The notes: generated from the sequence alone by a model not told the origin. DNA of 64,000 bases from an uncultured bacterium (GCA_963825135.1 CAWGRW010000009.1:1536001-1600000); one strand, 5' to 3'; shown: positions 19,683 through 29,072, counted from the stretch's first letter. Translations and numbers: made by a program.

Positions 19683-20120
19683 ATGGGAAAAGGCGTACTG
19701 GAAAACCTGTTTCACGTAGCGATCGCTGTCAGGAACCTCGATGAGGTCGAGAAATTGTACGAGACGGCGCTCGGTCTCAGGGTCGAGCACAGGGAAGTGG
19801 TGGAGGACCAGGGGGTAAGGACGTCCATGCTCGTTCCCGAGAAGGGCGGCACGGCGGTCGAGCTCCTCGAGCCCCTGAGCGCGGAGTCCCCGGTCTCGAA
19901 GTTCCTCGACAAGAGGGGAGAGGGCATTCACCACATCTGTTTTCTCGTGGACGATATAGAAGCCGCGCTCGAAAGGCTTAAAAGAGACGGCGTTAAGCTC
20001 ATAGACGAATCCCCGCGGCCGGGCTCTTATCATTCGCGGGTGGCTTTCATACACCCGAGTGCGATGAACGGTGTATTGATCGAGCTCGCCGAGATCGATA
20101 AGGACGTCCGGGGTTCCTGA
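19683..20120 (+). CDS. mce: Methylmalonyl-CoA epimerase
   Basis: HVAIAV, QGV, ELLEP, KFL.K.GEGIHHI, F.HP...NGVLIEL; GGAG SD before ATG 19683. Confidence 0.92.
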   Translation: MGKGVLENLFHVAIAVRNLDEVEKLYETALGLRVEHREVVEDQGVRTSMLVPEKGGTAVELLEPLSAESPVSKFLDKRGEGIHHICFLVDDIEAALERLKRDGVKLIDESPRPGSYHSRVAFIHPSAMNGVLIELAEIDKDVRGS

Positions 20121-20139
20121 CCGGTGAATGCCCGGCAGC

Positions 20140-21483
20140 TCATCTGAAGAAGAAGTAACTCACGAGCGTAATCACTATTCCGCAGGCCGCGTCGATAAAG
20201 AGTCCCGCTTTTATCATTGCCCTCTGACGGACCCTCTCGGTCCCGAATACGAGGGCGTTCGGAGGCGTGCCCACGGGCAGCATGAAGCCGCAAGAAGCGG
20301 CAATCCCGACGCTGAGCGCGATCGCCTTAGGCGAATGCTGCATTGTCTCCTGTCCGAGGACGAGGAATATAGGGACCATTATCGCCGCGGTCGCGGTGTT
20401 GCTTGCGAACTCGGAAAGCAGGATAACGAACATCACCGACCCCAGAATGAGCGGGAACGGGCCGTGTATCGAAAGGTGGTCTCTCACCAGATCGGCGAGG
20501 AATTTACTCGCGCCCGTCTCCGACAGTACCGCGCTCAATACGATGCCCCCTCCGAATAGAAGCAATACGCCCCAGTCGGTGAACCTCTCTATCTCTTTCC
20601 ATTTTATCGTGCCCGATACTACCAGCATGAAGATCGCCAGTATAGCCACTATGGAGTCGAATTCCTTCTCGATGCCGAGGCGTGAGGATATCGGACCGCT
20701 GAATATCCATAGCACGACTGTTACCCCGAATATCGCCGCGAGCTTGTAGGTGTTTTTATCTATAGTGACCTGCCCGGGCCCGCTGTCCGCAGCGACACCT
20801 CCTTTGGGCAGCTCCGGCTTGAGCACGAGGTAGAGCACTAATACCATTATCGGCATCAGTATGAGCACGAAAGGTACGCCCACCTGGAGCCAGTCCCTGA
20901 AATCCATCCCGAGGTTGGCGGCGGTGATCGCGTTTGGGGGACTCCCCACTATGGTCCCAATCCCCCCTATGCTCGCCGCGTACGCGACCCCCAGGAGTAT
21001 GAATTCCTCCGTCGATGTCGTGCTCTCTTTAAGATTGGCGATGAGGCCGAGCGCGACGGGGAGCATTATAGCCGTCGTAGCCGTGTTGCTTATCCACATG
21101 CTGATCAGGGCGGTCGAGGCGAATAAACCGAGGACGGAGAGAAGGGAGTTCGCTCCCGCGGCCTTCATGATGTAGCCGGCGATGAGCCGGTCGAGGCCGT
21201 GCTTGTGGAGGCCTGCGGCGAGGGCGAATCCCCCGAGAAAGAGAAAAATGACCGGGTTCGCGAAATGGCCGAGAGCGTCTTTAACGTCGAATATTCCGGT
21301 GAGTACCGCAAGGACCGGAACGAGGAGCGCTGTTACGGTTATTGGCAGTGCTTCGGTAAACCATAGCACCGCTACGAATATAAGGATCGCCAGGCCTTTC
21401 AGCACGACTTTATCGACGGGTATTAGAAAATATACAGCGAGAGAAACAATAGCGTTTATCAGGATTATTAGGTTTTTATTCAT
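20140..21483 (-). CDS. SLC13/DASS sodium:dicarboxylate or sulfate symporter
   Basis: Two SNTAT motifs, GSPPN and GTPPN; multiple TM segments. Confidence 0.93.
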   Translation of the reverse strand: MNKNLIILINAIVSLAVYFLIPVDKVVLKGLAILIFVAVLWFTEALPITVTALLVPVLAVLTGIFDVKDALGHFANPVIFLFLGGFALAAGLHKHGLDRLIAGYIMKAAGANSLLSVLGLFASTALISMWISNTATTAIMLPVALGLIANLKESTTSTEEFILLGVAYAASIGGIGTIVGSPPNAITAANLGMDFRDWLQVGVPFVLILMPIMVLVLYLVLKPELPKGGVAADSGPGQVTIDKNTYKLAAIFGVTVVLWIFSGPISSRLGIEKEFDSIVAILAIFMLVVSGTIKWKEIERFTDWGVLLLFGGGIVLSAVLSETGASKFLADLVRDHLSIHGPFPLILGSVMFVILLSEFASNTATAAIMVPIFLVLGQETMQHSPKAIALSVGIAASCGFMLPVGTPPNALVFGTERVRQRAMIKAGLFIDAACGIVITLVSYFFFR

Positions 21484-21638
21484 CAGCGGATCGGTGTTAA
21501 GTGCGGCTGAATCGCCCCGCGGCTGCCTGATAACTTACCGCTAAATTAGACATAGCTAAATCTACTTTAAACTTAATATTAACGATAGACCTTTTTTCTT
21601 TTTTTATTCCCTGAACACGAGCGCAGTGTGCGGTCAAG

Positions 21639-21667
21639 TTGACACACAATGTGCGCTCTTATACGAT
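21639..21667 (+). promoter_or_regulatory. sigma70 promoter with no credible plus-strand CDS downstream
   Basis: TTGACA(21639-44)-17bp-TACGAT(21662-67); the -35 lies inside inverted repeat 21619-21658. Confidence 0.55.
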
Positions 21668-21672
21668 TACCC

Positions 21673-21735
21673 ACACATCCTCCTCCGCACCCGGCGTATG
21701 CCCATATGTCAGCGGCGACTCGCCGCCTTTATTTT
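21673..21735 (+). ncRNA. Candidate small RNA (about 60 nt)
   Basis: Promoter upstream; ATCCTCCTCC near the 5' end; GCGGCGAcTCGCCGC hairpin followed by CTTTATTTT; related copy near 47.4 kb. Confidence 0.35.
21686..21727. repeat. Dispersed palindromic repeat, copy A
   Basis: CGCACCCG...TATGTC[A/C]GCGGCGACTCGCCGCC shared with 47444-47486 (22 of 23 core bases identical). Confidence 0.75.
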
Positions 21736-22113
21736 CTCGAGCACCCATAGTCTTTTGGCCGTCCATCTCCCCCATCCGGGGACAAGGAGCAAATACCTGC
21801 CTTGAAACCTCTCTCCCCGGGCCTTAATAACAAGCCTTATGCTGTTCGAAGCCTCGGTATCGAATTCTCCCCTGTCCCATACCTCCCACTTCCCGCTTCC
21901 CCAGCTATCTTCGGCCGCACGCTCACTGCCGCCGTTCATCGGGTGATCAGCCGGGTCCCTCTCTTCTATCGCGATTCTTTTTTCCTTGTATTTTTTGGGA
22001 ATATTCTTCGGAATTATCCAGTGCCTCACCTCTCCTTTATTATAGAGGATGAGGTCGTAGTGCCTACTTGAGGTCTTGTGCCTTCCGATGATGAAGTTAC
22101 AGGTTCCTTTCAT
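21709..22113 (-). CDS. Stand-alone, divergent LigD 3'-phosphoesterase-like domain
   Basis: H.....HYD, W.IPK, KRIAI, G.G...VWDRG and G.RF.GRY.L patterns; overlaps the coaX 3' end. Confidence 0.78.
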   Translation of the reverse strand: MKGTCNFIIGRHKTSSRHYDLILYNKGEVRHWIIPKNIPKKYKEKRIAIEERDPADHPMNGGSERAAEDSWGSGKWEVWDRGEFDTEASNSIRLVIKARGERFQGRYLLLVPGWGRWTAKRLWVLEKIKAASRR

Positions 22114-22861
22114 AGATCAGTTTCAGACCGCGGAGCGTGAGGAACTCGTCGACCTCCTCGATCGTCCCGGTCTCGGGCGCGATTAGCTCGGCTACTCCTC
22201 CGGTCGCAATAACGCGGGGCTCGGTTTTCATTTCCGATCTTATCTTTGCCACGACGCCGTCCACCAGGCCCGCGTAACCGTGTATGAGCCCCGACTGTAT
22301 ACTCTCTACTGTCGTTTTACCGATTATATTCTCTGGTTTCGCGATCTCCACCCTCGGGAGCTTCGACGCTTCCCTGTAGAGGGCTTCAGCCGAGATCATG
22401 AGCCCGGGTGTGATGACCCCCCCCATGTATTCCCCCTTCTCCGATACGCAGTCAAACGTCGTTGCCGTTCCGAAGTCGACCACTATAACAGCGCTCCCGT
22501 ATTTATCGTACGCCGCGACTCCGTTTACTATCCTGTCGGCCCCGACTTCCTTCGGGTTGTGATAGAGTATGGGCATCCCTGTCTTTACGCCCGGCCCCAC
22601 CACTACCGGGCTGACGTTGAAATAGGTTTTAATCGCATTCGATACCGTCGATTGTATTGTCGGCACGACGCAGGAAATTACCGCGCCGTCGACCGATCCC
22701 GGTTCTATATCCCTGATCTCCATCAGATCCCGGAACAGGATTCCGTATTCGTCCGACGTCTTGGATTTGTCCGTGCCTATACGCCAGTGACACTTTATCG
22801 TGTCACCGTCGAAAATTCCGAAGACGATATTCGTGTTCCCTATGTCGACCGCAAGCACCAT
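22097..22861 (-). CDS. coaX: Type III pantothenate kinase
   Basis: [21 protein letters not shown]. Confidence 0.95.
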   Translation of the reverse strand: MVLAVDIGNTNIVFGIFDGDTIKCHWRIGTDKSKTSDEYGILFRDLMEIRDIEPGSVDGAVISCVVPTIQSTVSNAIKTYFNVSPVVVGPGVKTGMPILYHNPKEVGADRIVNGVAAYDKYGSAVIVVDFGTATTFDCVSEKGEYMGGVITPGLMISAEALYREASKLPRVEIAKPENIIGKTTVESIQSGLIHGYAGLVDGVVAKIRSEMKTEPRVIATGGVAELIAPETGTIEEVDEFLTLRGLKLIYERNL

Positions 22862-22952
22862 TATTTTTCTCCCGGTCCCTATAAGTAAATCCTCATTATT
22901 TTTTATTGCAAGCGGCGGGGTATCTATTTATAAGACCTATTGCATGCCGGGT

Positions 22953-25211
22953 TTATTTAAGCCCCCACCTTCGTCTGAGCGACCATTCCAAGAATAATAA
23001 CCCCACTATCAGCAGAAGGAATAGCGGGTTGTCCCAGAGCTTGACCGTTTCGTAGCCGGTTATCGTTTTTTTACGGGAATTATCGATCTTGAGCCCCTCC
23101 GGGTCGCCGCCGATCGTAATGTAGCTCCCTCCTGTAGCCCTCGCTATGGTCTTGAGTAAATTTAGATTCGAGGTAAGGCCCCTCAATTCACTCTCGGGCT
23201 GCTCGACGATAAAAGAGGTTTCTGACACGTCCGAATCGTCATAAGCAGCGTTTTCCCCGCCGGGGCGGGCGGTTATCTTATATGTTCCGGGCACGGCGAG
23301 CTCGATCGTATTCGAGAGTCTCTCACCCGAGTCTCTCTCCGGTTTCAGTCCGCTTACGCTGCCGTCAGGCATCGTGATCTCAACTTTCATGTCTTCGTCT
23401 CCCGCATCTTCCCCCCTCAGGTCCCAGATGCCGACTTCGGCCTTATCCCCCGGGTTATATACGGCGCTATCGGTTTCGACCCTTATGTCTTTCATCTCCG
23501 GGTCGTTTACGAACCACAGGAAAAGCCTGTTCCAGAACTTTTCATAGAGTGGTGATACGTCCCCCTCGCTCCCGTACACGAAATTCCATTTCCATGACGA
23601 GTCTGAGAGGAAGGTAGCGGCCTTGCCGGATCCGACCTTGGCCACGGCCAGTATCGGCTCCCCTTCCGGCGAGACCAGGAGGGGCACGGCGTCCGGATTT
23701 AGCCCCTCTACCATGTTAAACCCTTCGAGCTCCGGCATGCCGTTCCACTGCTTCTCGTTCTCTTCCCTGTCGGGGACTATCTTCATAATTGGGTGGTTCC
23801 TGCCGGCCGCGGTGAGTTTCGGCCGGAACGCCTCACTGCTGATCTTATCCGCACCCGTCCCCTTCGTGTAGCCGAGCTCGACGGGTAATATCTCCGAAAT
23901 CGGCGTCGTCCCGTAGTTCCCGCTGTCGAAGCTCTTGTTCCCCCCGATCATTAAAAACGCTCCGCCGTCGTTCATCACATAATCCCTGATGCTTCTGAGG
24001 TGGAATCCGAAGATGCCGTACGGCTGGAAGTTGAAATTCTGGAAAATCACTATATCGAATGTCGAAAGCTCGCTCCCGAAAATTTCGTTTACGGGGAAGG
24101 GGATCAGGCTCAGTTCGTTTTCCGTGGCGAAAACCAGGTCCGACGGGTCGCGTAAGATGAAAAACGAAACGAGGTCTATGTTCGGGTTTCTTTTAAGCGC
24201 CTTCCTCAGAAACCTCACGTCCCAGGACGGGCTGCCGGCTACGTGGAGTACCCGTATTTTATTTATGATTACATCCGTGTAGAAGGATTTCCGGTTGTTC
24301 TCGGGTACGGTCTCGTCTGACAGCACCGGTATGGATACGGTGTAGATTTTTCTGCCGAGCGTGATGGGGTTGATTTCGAAATCTGCCGTCCCTTCCTTCG
24401 TGCGCGGGTCTATATATACCTCCTTTATCGATATGAGCTTATCGCCTTCGTATAGCGAGGCGGGGATTCTCATGCCGACGGGTCCGCCCGACTTCACGAC
24501 CACGCTTATGGGGCAGGGGTATCTCAAAAAAGAGACTTCGTTCGAATTGATTTTATCTATCCATATGTCGTCGGTCGCGTCCCTGCCGAGCGCGCCGACC
24601 GTGTTGATCCTGACGCCCGTATCCTTGAGCGTTTCATCCGATAGGCCGTCCCCCTCATCCCCTCTCCGGGCGCCGTCGGATATAAGCATCACCTCGTCGA
24701 TCTCTCCCCTCCGTTTCTTTTCCGCGAGCTCCTTCATGAGCCCGCCTAACTCCGTGTGTTTGCCCGCGGGCTCATCGTTCATGATGGATTCTTCGGAGGA
24801 CGGTTCGAGGGTCTCGCCGAAGGTATAGTATTTGATGTTGAAATTCCCGCCGATGCGCGAGAAGAAATCGGCGTTGTCTTTAAAGAACGCCCTCACGGAA
24901 TCGATTCTTTTCTCGCCGCCCGGCTCTCCGGCGAGGTTCATGCTCCAGGACCCGTCCACCACCACGGCCAGGTTCTTCTTTTCCTCCTTGACGCTTTCTT
25001 CCTTGAGGGCCGGATTGGTCAGGATTAGCATGACTATTGCGAACGCGAGCACGTGGAGAGTCGTCAGAACCGCTCTCCTTTTCATGCTCCGGAGATTCCT
25101 CGTGCTCCGGAGCGATCCGTAAATTACGATCGCGAACAGCAAGAGGAATATTACACATTCCGCAACCCCGGGAGGGTTCAGGAAAACCAGTTTGCTTACA
25201 GCGGATTCCAT
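22953..25211 (-). CDS. Membrane protein with vWA-like and glutamine amidotransferase-like (DUF1355-type) domains
   Basis: N- and C-terminal TM segments; DGSWS and ISDG vWA motifs; GGAFLMIGG..SF, LPV, W.W; EW.LRRRWGL end. Confidence 0.78.
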   Translation of the reverse strand: MESAVSKLVFLNPPGVAECVIFLLLFAIVIYGSLRSTRNLRSMKRRAVLTTLHVLAFAIVMLILTNPALKEESVKEEKKNLAVVVDGSWSMNLAGEPGGEKRIDSVRAFFKDNADFFSRIGGNFNIKYYTFGETLEPSSEESIMNDEPAGKHTELGGLMKELAEKKRRGEIDEVMLISDGARRGDEGDGLSDETLKDTGVRINTVGALGRDATDDIWIDKINSNEVSFLRYPCPISVVVKSGGPVGMRIPASLYEGDKLISIKEVYIDPRTKEGTADFEINPITLGRKIYTVSIPVLSDETVPENNRKSFYTDVIINKIRVLHVAGSPSWDVRFLRKALKRNPNIDLVSFFILRDPSDLVFATENELSLIPFPVNEIFGSELSTFDIVIFQNFNFQPYGIFGFHLRSIRDYVMNDGGAFLMIGGNKSFDSGNYGTTPISEILPVELGYTKGTGADKISSEAFRPKLTAAGRNHPIMKIVPDREENEKQWNGMPELEGFNMVEGLNPDAVPLLVSPEGEPILAVAKVGSGKAATFLSDSSWKWNFVYGSEGDVSPLYEKFWNRLFLWFVNDPEMKDIRVETDSAVYNPGDKAEVGIWDLRGEDAGDEDMKVEITMPDGSVSGLKPERDSGERLSNTIELAVPGTYKITARPGGENAAYDDSDVSETSFIVEQPESELRGLTSNLNLLKTIARATGGSYITIGGDPEGLKIDNSRKKTITGYETVKLWDNPLFLLLIVGLLFLEWSLRRRWGLK

Positions 25212-25253
25212 TACAATAAATTTACCACACGACTCCCCGGTTTTCTCGGCGGG

Positions 25254-26213
25254 TCAGGATAGCAGCAGCCTGCCTTCTTCCATGATCGGCTCGCCGTCGA
25301 CAGTTACGGTGGGCTTCATCACGACCCCGTCCAGGTGACTTGCCACCCTCACTGTCCCTCCCATGCTCTTGTTGTCGCCGAACGCTATGTGTATCGTCCC
25401 GATGGCCTTTTCGTCCTCGAGCACGCTCCCTGTGATGAGCGCCTTGTCGTGCGTCCCTATGCCGAGCTCCGCGAGGTTAAACGCGAGCTTTCCGAAGGGG
25501 GCCATTATCGAGAGCAGTTTCTCCGCTCCCGGCCCGCCCGTGATCTCAGTCGCGTAGCCCTCCTCCACCCTGACCCTGATCACTTCGTCAGTGAGCTTCC
25601 CGACCCCGGCCATAGAGCCGTCGAAAACGACGACACCGCTCGACTTCCCCTCCAGAGGCGCGACGTAAGCCTCGCCCGCGGGGAGGTTGCTGAAGTCCCC
25701 CGGATTGTGGTTGAGCCCTGTGTCCGCGCTCCCCTCCCTGCCTTCTATCACCAGATTGATGTCCGTGCCTTTGTCCGTCGTAACCCTCACGTTCGACCCG
25801 CGGCTAATTATCCTAGCGAGTTTCTTACTCCTCTCCGCGATGAGCTCGTAGTCGGCGTTGAGCGTCCTCACCATCGTGTCCTCTGTAATTCCCGGAAGCG
25901 TCGCTATCCTCACGCCGGCCCTGCTCGCGTTCCTTCTCGACTCCGTATGGCTGAGTGACTTGGATGTCGGAATGAGCACTGCGTCAAAGAGCTTCATGAA
26001 TTCGGCGACAGAGGGCGGAGGCTCCTCACCGTTTGATTTCCGGGGTATTATCTCCGTAATGACCGCCTCCGCGCCCAAACTCCCGGCGGCTTCCCAGAGG
26101 GCGTACCCGATTTTTCTGAGCGGCTCGTCGGTGATGACGAGCACGTTTTCGCCCTCCTTAATCGCCATACAGTCCCGCACCGCGATAAGCGCGGCGCTCA
26201 TCAATTTATCCAT
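25254..26213 (-). CDS. M29-like (thermophilic) metallo-aminopeptidase
   Basis: NLPAGE, AELGIG, EDEK, HIAFG, HLD. Confidence 0.85.
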   Translation of the reverse strand: MDKLMSAALIAVRDCMAIKEGENVLVITDEPLRKIGYALWEAAGSLGAEAVITEIIPRKSNGEEPPPSVAEFMKLFDAVLIPTSKSLSHTESRRNASRAGVRIATLPGITEDTMVRTLNADYELIAERSKKLARIISRGSNVRVTTDKGTDINLVIEGREGSADTGLNHNPGDFSNLPAGEAYVAPLEGKSSGVVVFDGSMAGVGKLTDEVIRVRVEEGYATEITGGPGAEKLLSIMAPFGKLAFNLAELGIGTHDKALITGSVLEDEKAIGTIHIAFGDNKSMGGTVRVASHLDGVVMKPTVTVDGEPIMEEGRLLLS

Positions 26214-26242
26214 CCCTTGAGTCTCCTCTCGTCATTCGTTTA

Positions 26243-26272
26243 TTGTGCATACGGAATCCGATATTATAATAT
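26243..26272. promoter_or_regulatory. Overlapping divergent -10 boxes
   Basis: Palindrome ATATTATAATAT (26261-72) gives TATAAT on both strands; TTGTGC lies 16 bp upstream on the plus strand. Confidence 0.5.
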
Positions 26273-26323
26273 GCCCTATCCCGCTGCGCCCTGTAAATAC
26301 GCGCGCGGTACGGAGGAGTGAGA

Positions 26324-27325
26324 ATGCCTGAACTCGGTTTGGCGGCCCCATACTGGAGCGACATGAAAACGGAAGAGCTCGTAGAAACGGCCAGGCTCGC
26401 CGAGGAGCTCGGGTACCATTCGATATGGGTCCCCGAGATGTGGGGGCGCGACGCGTTCTCGATTCTGGGATTGATAGCGGCCAATACCGGAAGGATAGGG
26501 CTCGCAACCGGGATAATCCCCGTGTACAGCAGGAGCCCCGCGGTCATCGCTCAGACCGTTGCGACGCTCGACGAGATTTCGGGCGGGCGCATGATGCTCG
26601 GCCTCGGCACGAGCGGCCCCGCCGTGATAGAGAAATGGCACGGCGTAGGCTTTGAGAGACCGCTTCAGAGGACTAGGGAGTATGTCGAGATAATAAAAAT
26701 GATTTTGAGGGGAGAGCGGGTCGACTACGAGGGCGAGATCTTTTCGCTCAAGGGTTTCAGGCTCCAGTTCAAGCCGTTGAGGAGCGATATACCCGTTCTC
26801 GTGGCGGCGATAGGTCCCAGGAACATACGCCTTGCCGGGGAAGTCGCGGACGGCTGGATACCGTTTCTCATACCGAGAGAGGGTTTAAAAGACGCAGGCC
26901 GGGAGCTACACGAAGGGGCGCGCTCAAGAGGGAAGGGACCGGATGAATTTATGATCTGTCCGTATATAACCGCGTCGGTATCAGGGGATGCGGATGCGGC
27001 GGTAAAGACGGTGAAGGAACATATTGCTTATTATATCGGCGGCATGGGGGATTTTTATTTCAATACCGTCAGCAGGTACGGGTTCGGGGACGAAGCGAAT
27101 GCGATTAAAAGCGCGTGGGAAAGCGGAAAGAAGAGCGCCGCGGCAGAGGTTGTGAGCGACAGAATGCTCGATTCGCTTTCCGTCTCGGGAACCCCGGAGC
27201 ACGGCAGGGCTATAATCGCGGAGTACTATAAAGAAGGCGCCTCCGTCCCGGTGCTTGTTTTCCCGCCCAAGGCCTCGCGGGAGCTCGTGAGGGAAACCAT
27301 CATAAGTCTAGCTCCACTCGGGTAG
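26324..27325 (+). CDS. LLM-class (luciferase-like), probably F420-dependent oxidoreductase
   Basis: AEELGY.SIW.PE, TLDEISGGR..LGLG.S, AAIGP, GEVADGW; GGAGG SD before ATG 26324. Confidence 0.88.
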   Translation: MPELGLAAPYWSDMKTEELVETARLAEELGYHSIWVPEMWGRDAFSILGLIAANTGRIGLATGIIPVYSRSPAVIAQTVATLDEISGGRMMLGLGTSGPAVIEKWHGVGFERPLQRTREYVEIIKMILRGERVDYEGEIFSLKGFRLQFKPLRSDIPVLVAAIGPRNIRLAGEVADGWIPFLIPREGLKDAGRELHEGARSRGKGPDEFMICPYITASVSGDADAAVKTVKEHIAYYIGGMGDFYFNTVSRYGFGDEANAIKSAWESGKKSAAAEVVSDRMLDSLSVSGTPEHGRAIIAEYYKEGASVPVLVFPPKASRELVRETIISLAPLG

Positions 27326-27379
27326 GAAATATCCTCATATGCGACGGGCTCAATGAGATCCCGTCTCGGCATGTGCGCC

Positions 27380-28595
27380 TCAGCAGGTTATGAAATCTTT
27401 CAGCACGCTGCCGTTGCTTAGCTGTCGTAACTTCTTGAGCGCCCGCCTCTCGATCTGCCTGATGCGCTCCCTCGTAAGGCTGTACCTGTTCCCGATCTCG
27501 TCAAGCGTGTAAGACTCGTCATAACCTATGCCGAACCTCATCCTCAGTATGTCCTCTTCCCTGTCCGTCAGGCTCGACAGCGCTTCCTCTATCTTCTCCG
27601 TCATGGAGACCCTGGCTAGGAGAGTGTCCGCGGCGGGCCTTGTGTCGGGTATGAAATCCAGGAAGCTGTTCTTGGCCTCGCCGTTATTGGGGTTTACCGC
27701 ATCGAGGTACACGATGTTAGTCGAGGTGGCTTTGATTACCTTGTTGACTTTCTTTACGCTGAGACCCGCTTCGTGGGCTATGTTCTCGATATCCGGGTTC
27801 TCGCCGTTTTCATGCCTGAGCATATTGGCCGTTCTCGTGATCTTATTCGCCTGCTCCAGCACGCGCACTGGTATTCTTATCACCCTGGTCTGATCGAAGA
27901 GCGAACGAGTTATGCTCTGTATTATCCACCAGGATGCGTAGGTCGAGAACCTGTACCCCTTTGAAGGATCGAATTTCTCGACTGCCTTGATGAGTCCTAT
28001 GTTTCCTTCCTGTATTATGTCCGCCAGCGCTAGTCCCCTCCCCATGTAATTCTTCGCGATGCTTATCACGAGCCTGAGGTTTGATTTAATGAATTTATCC
28101 TTATTGTTTATTTCCTTGCTCTTGTAAGCCCGCAATAGCGCTGACAAGCCTGTTCAGAGTCGTTTTTAAAGAGACACGGTCCAGGCCCTTATTCCCATCC
28201 TGAGCGATTGATTTTTTCTGATTTTGCCGGCACTCGCAGACCCTTTGCGCTTTTACTTTGCCGACGCTTTTCTCGGTGAGTTCGTTAATTAAAGCCTCGA
28301 GCTTACGGGCCCTGGCGTTAAACTTTTTTATCTTCGTCGCAATTCTGAGTTCGTCCGAGGCGGTCAGGAGCGATTCGGTCCCCACTTCCTTGAAGTATGA
28401 CTGCAGGAGCTTATAATCGTCATCGGGGATGACTCTCTGCTTGCCGTTACTCCTTCCGTTGGCGGAGACGCTCATAATATTTTGATCGTAGGCAAAATCG
28501 TTTATCATGGATTTCTGTTTACCGAAATCATGGCTGCTCATCAGGCTGCCCGACGCACTGCGGTGTGACGCCTCTCTATAATTGTTCCGACCCAT
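27380..28595 (-). pseudogene. sigma70-family (group 2, RpoS/RpoD-like) sigma factor split by one extra base; possible sequencing error
   Basis: Region 1.2 (YFKEVG..LL...E) in ORF 28101..28634; regions 2-4 ([29 protein letters not shown]) in ORF 27380..28147; no region 1.1; GGAGG 9 nt before ATG 28595. Confidence 0.85.
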
Positions 28596-28651
28596 TTGAT
28601 TTATCCTCCGGTTATTTGACTTCAAATCTTTCATCCTCCGGTGAATTTAGA

Positions 28652-28667
28652 TGCAATGTTCATGCCA
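28652..28667 (-). promoter_or_regulatory. sigma54 (-24/-12) promoter
   Basis: TGGCAT-GAACA-TTGCA on the minus strand, directly upstream of the sigma factor gene. Confidence 0.75.
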
Positions 28668-28691
28668 CAGGGCAATTGTTCGCCCCAACCC

Positions 28692-28725
28692 ACTATTATC
28701 ATTAATTAATACGCTTGATAATAGT
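28692..28725. promoter_or_regulatory. Perfect 10-bp inverted repeat (possible operator)
   Basis: ACTATTATCA-14nt-TGATAATAGT. Confidence 0.5.
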
Positions 28726-28757
28726 TTAGCGGCTTTCTCTTCCGAATTATTTATTTG

Positions 28758-28772
28758 TGACAAAAAATGTCA
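28758..28772. promoter_or_regulatory. Putative enhancer-binding protein site (UAS)
   Basis: TGACA-AAAAA-TGTCA dyad about 120 bp upstream of the predicted sigma54 start. Confidence 0.45.
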
Positions 28773-29072
28773 TCGCGAGGATAATTGGCCGGAAAATGAA
28801 AGCAAAAAGCGGTCTAGCCGGTTACCAAAAATTTCATGAGCCGATTCCGGCATGACCCATTTTTGACGTTATCTACGTGACTCCGGCCGTCGCGCGCGTG
28901 TTTCAGTTCCCTCACGGCCTGTTTCTTCTCTCTCACTGCCCTCGGGTCGACTGCCGCGGGCGGCCCGCAATTTGTTGACAACACCTTCGATTAAAGTAAA
29001 TATTAGCGGGGTCGATAGAACTGAACCCCTGAATTTATCTGTCGAAATAATCTTCTCGCGAGGGCTTATGAA

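Noticed and set aside
21639..21827. 62-aa plus-strand ORF starting at TTG 21639
   Set aside because: The TTG is the -35 hexamer of the predicted promoter; there is no SD and the frame runs antisense into the LigD-PE-like gene
28164..28170. In-frame slippery heptamer T TTA AAA in the upstream sigma ORF
   Set aside because: A -1 shift enters a frame that stops soon after. Joining the halves needs +1, and that frame has TGA at 28154-56, after the heptamer.
28651..28839. 62-aa ORF in the intergenic region between the sigma factor and the epimerase
   Set aside because: Overlaps the sigma54 promoter and dyads, has no SD and an atypical composition
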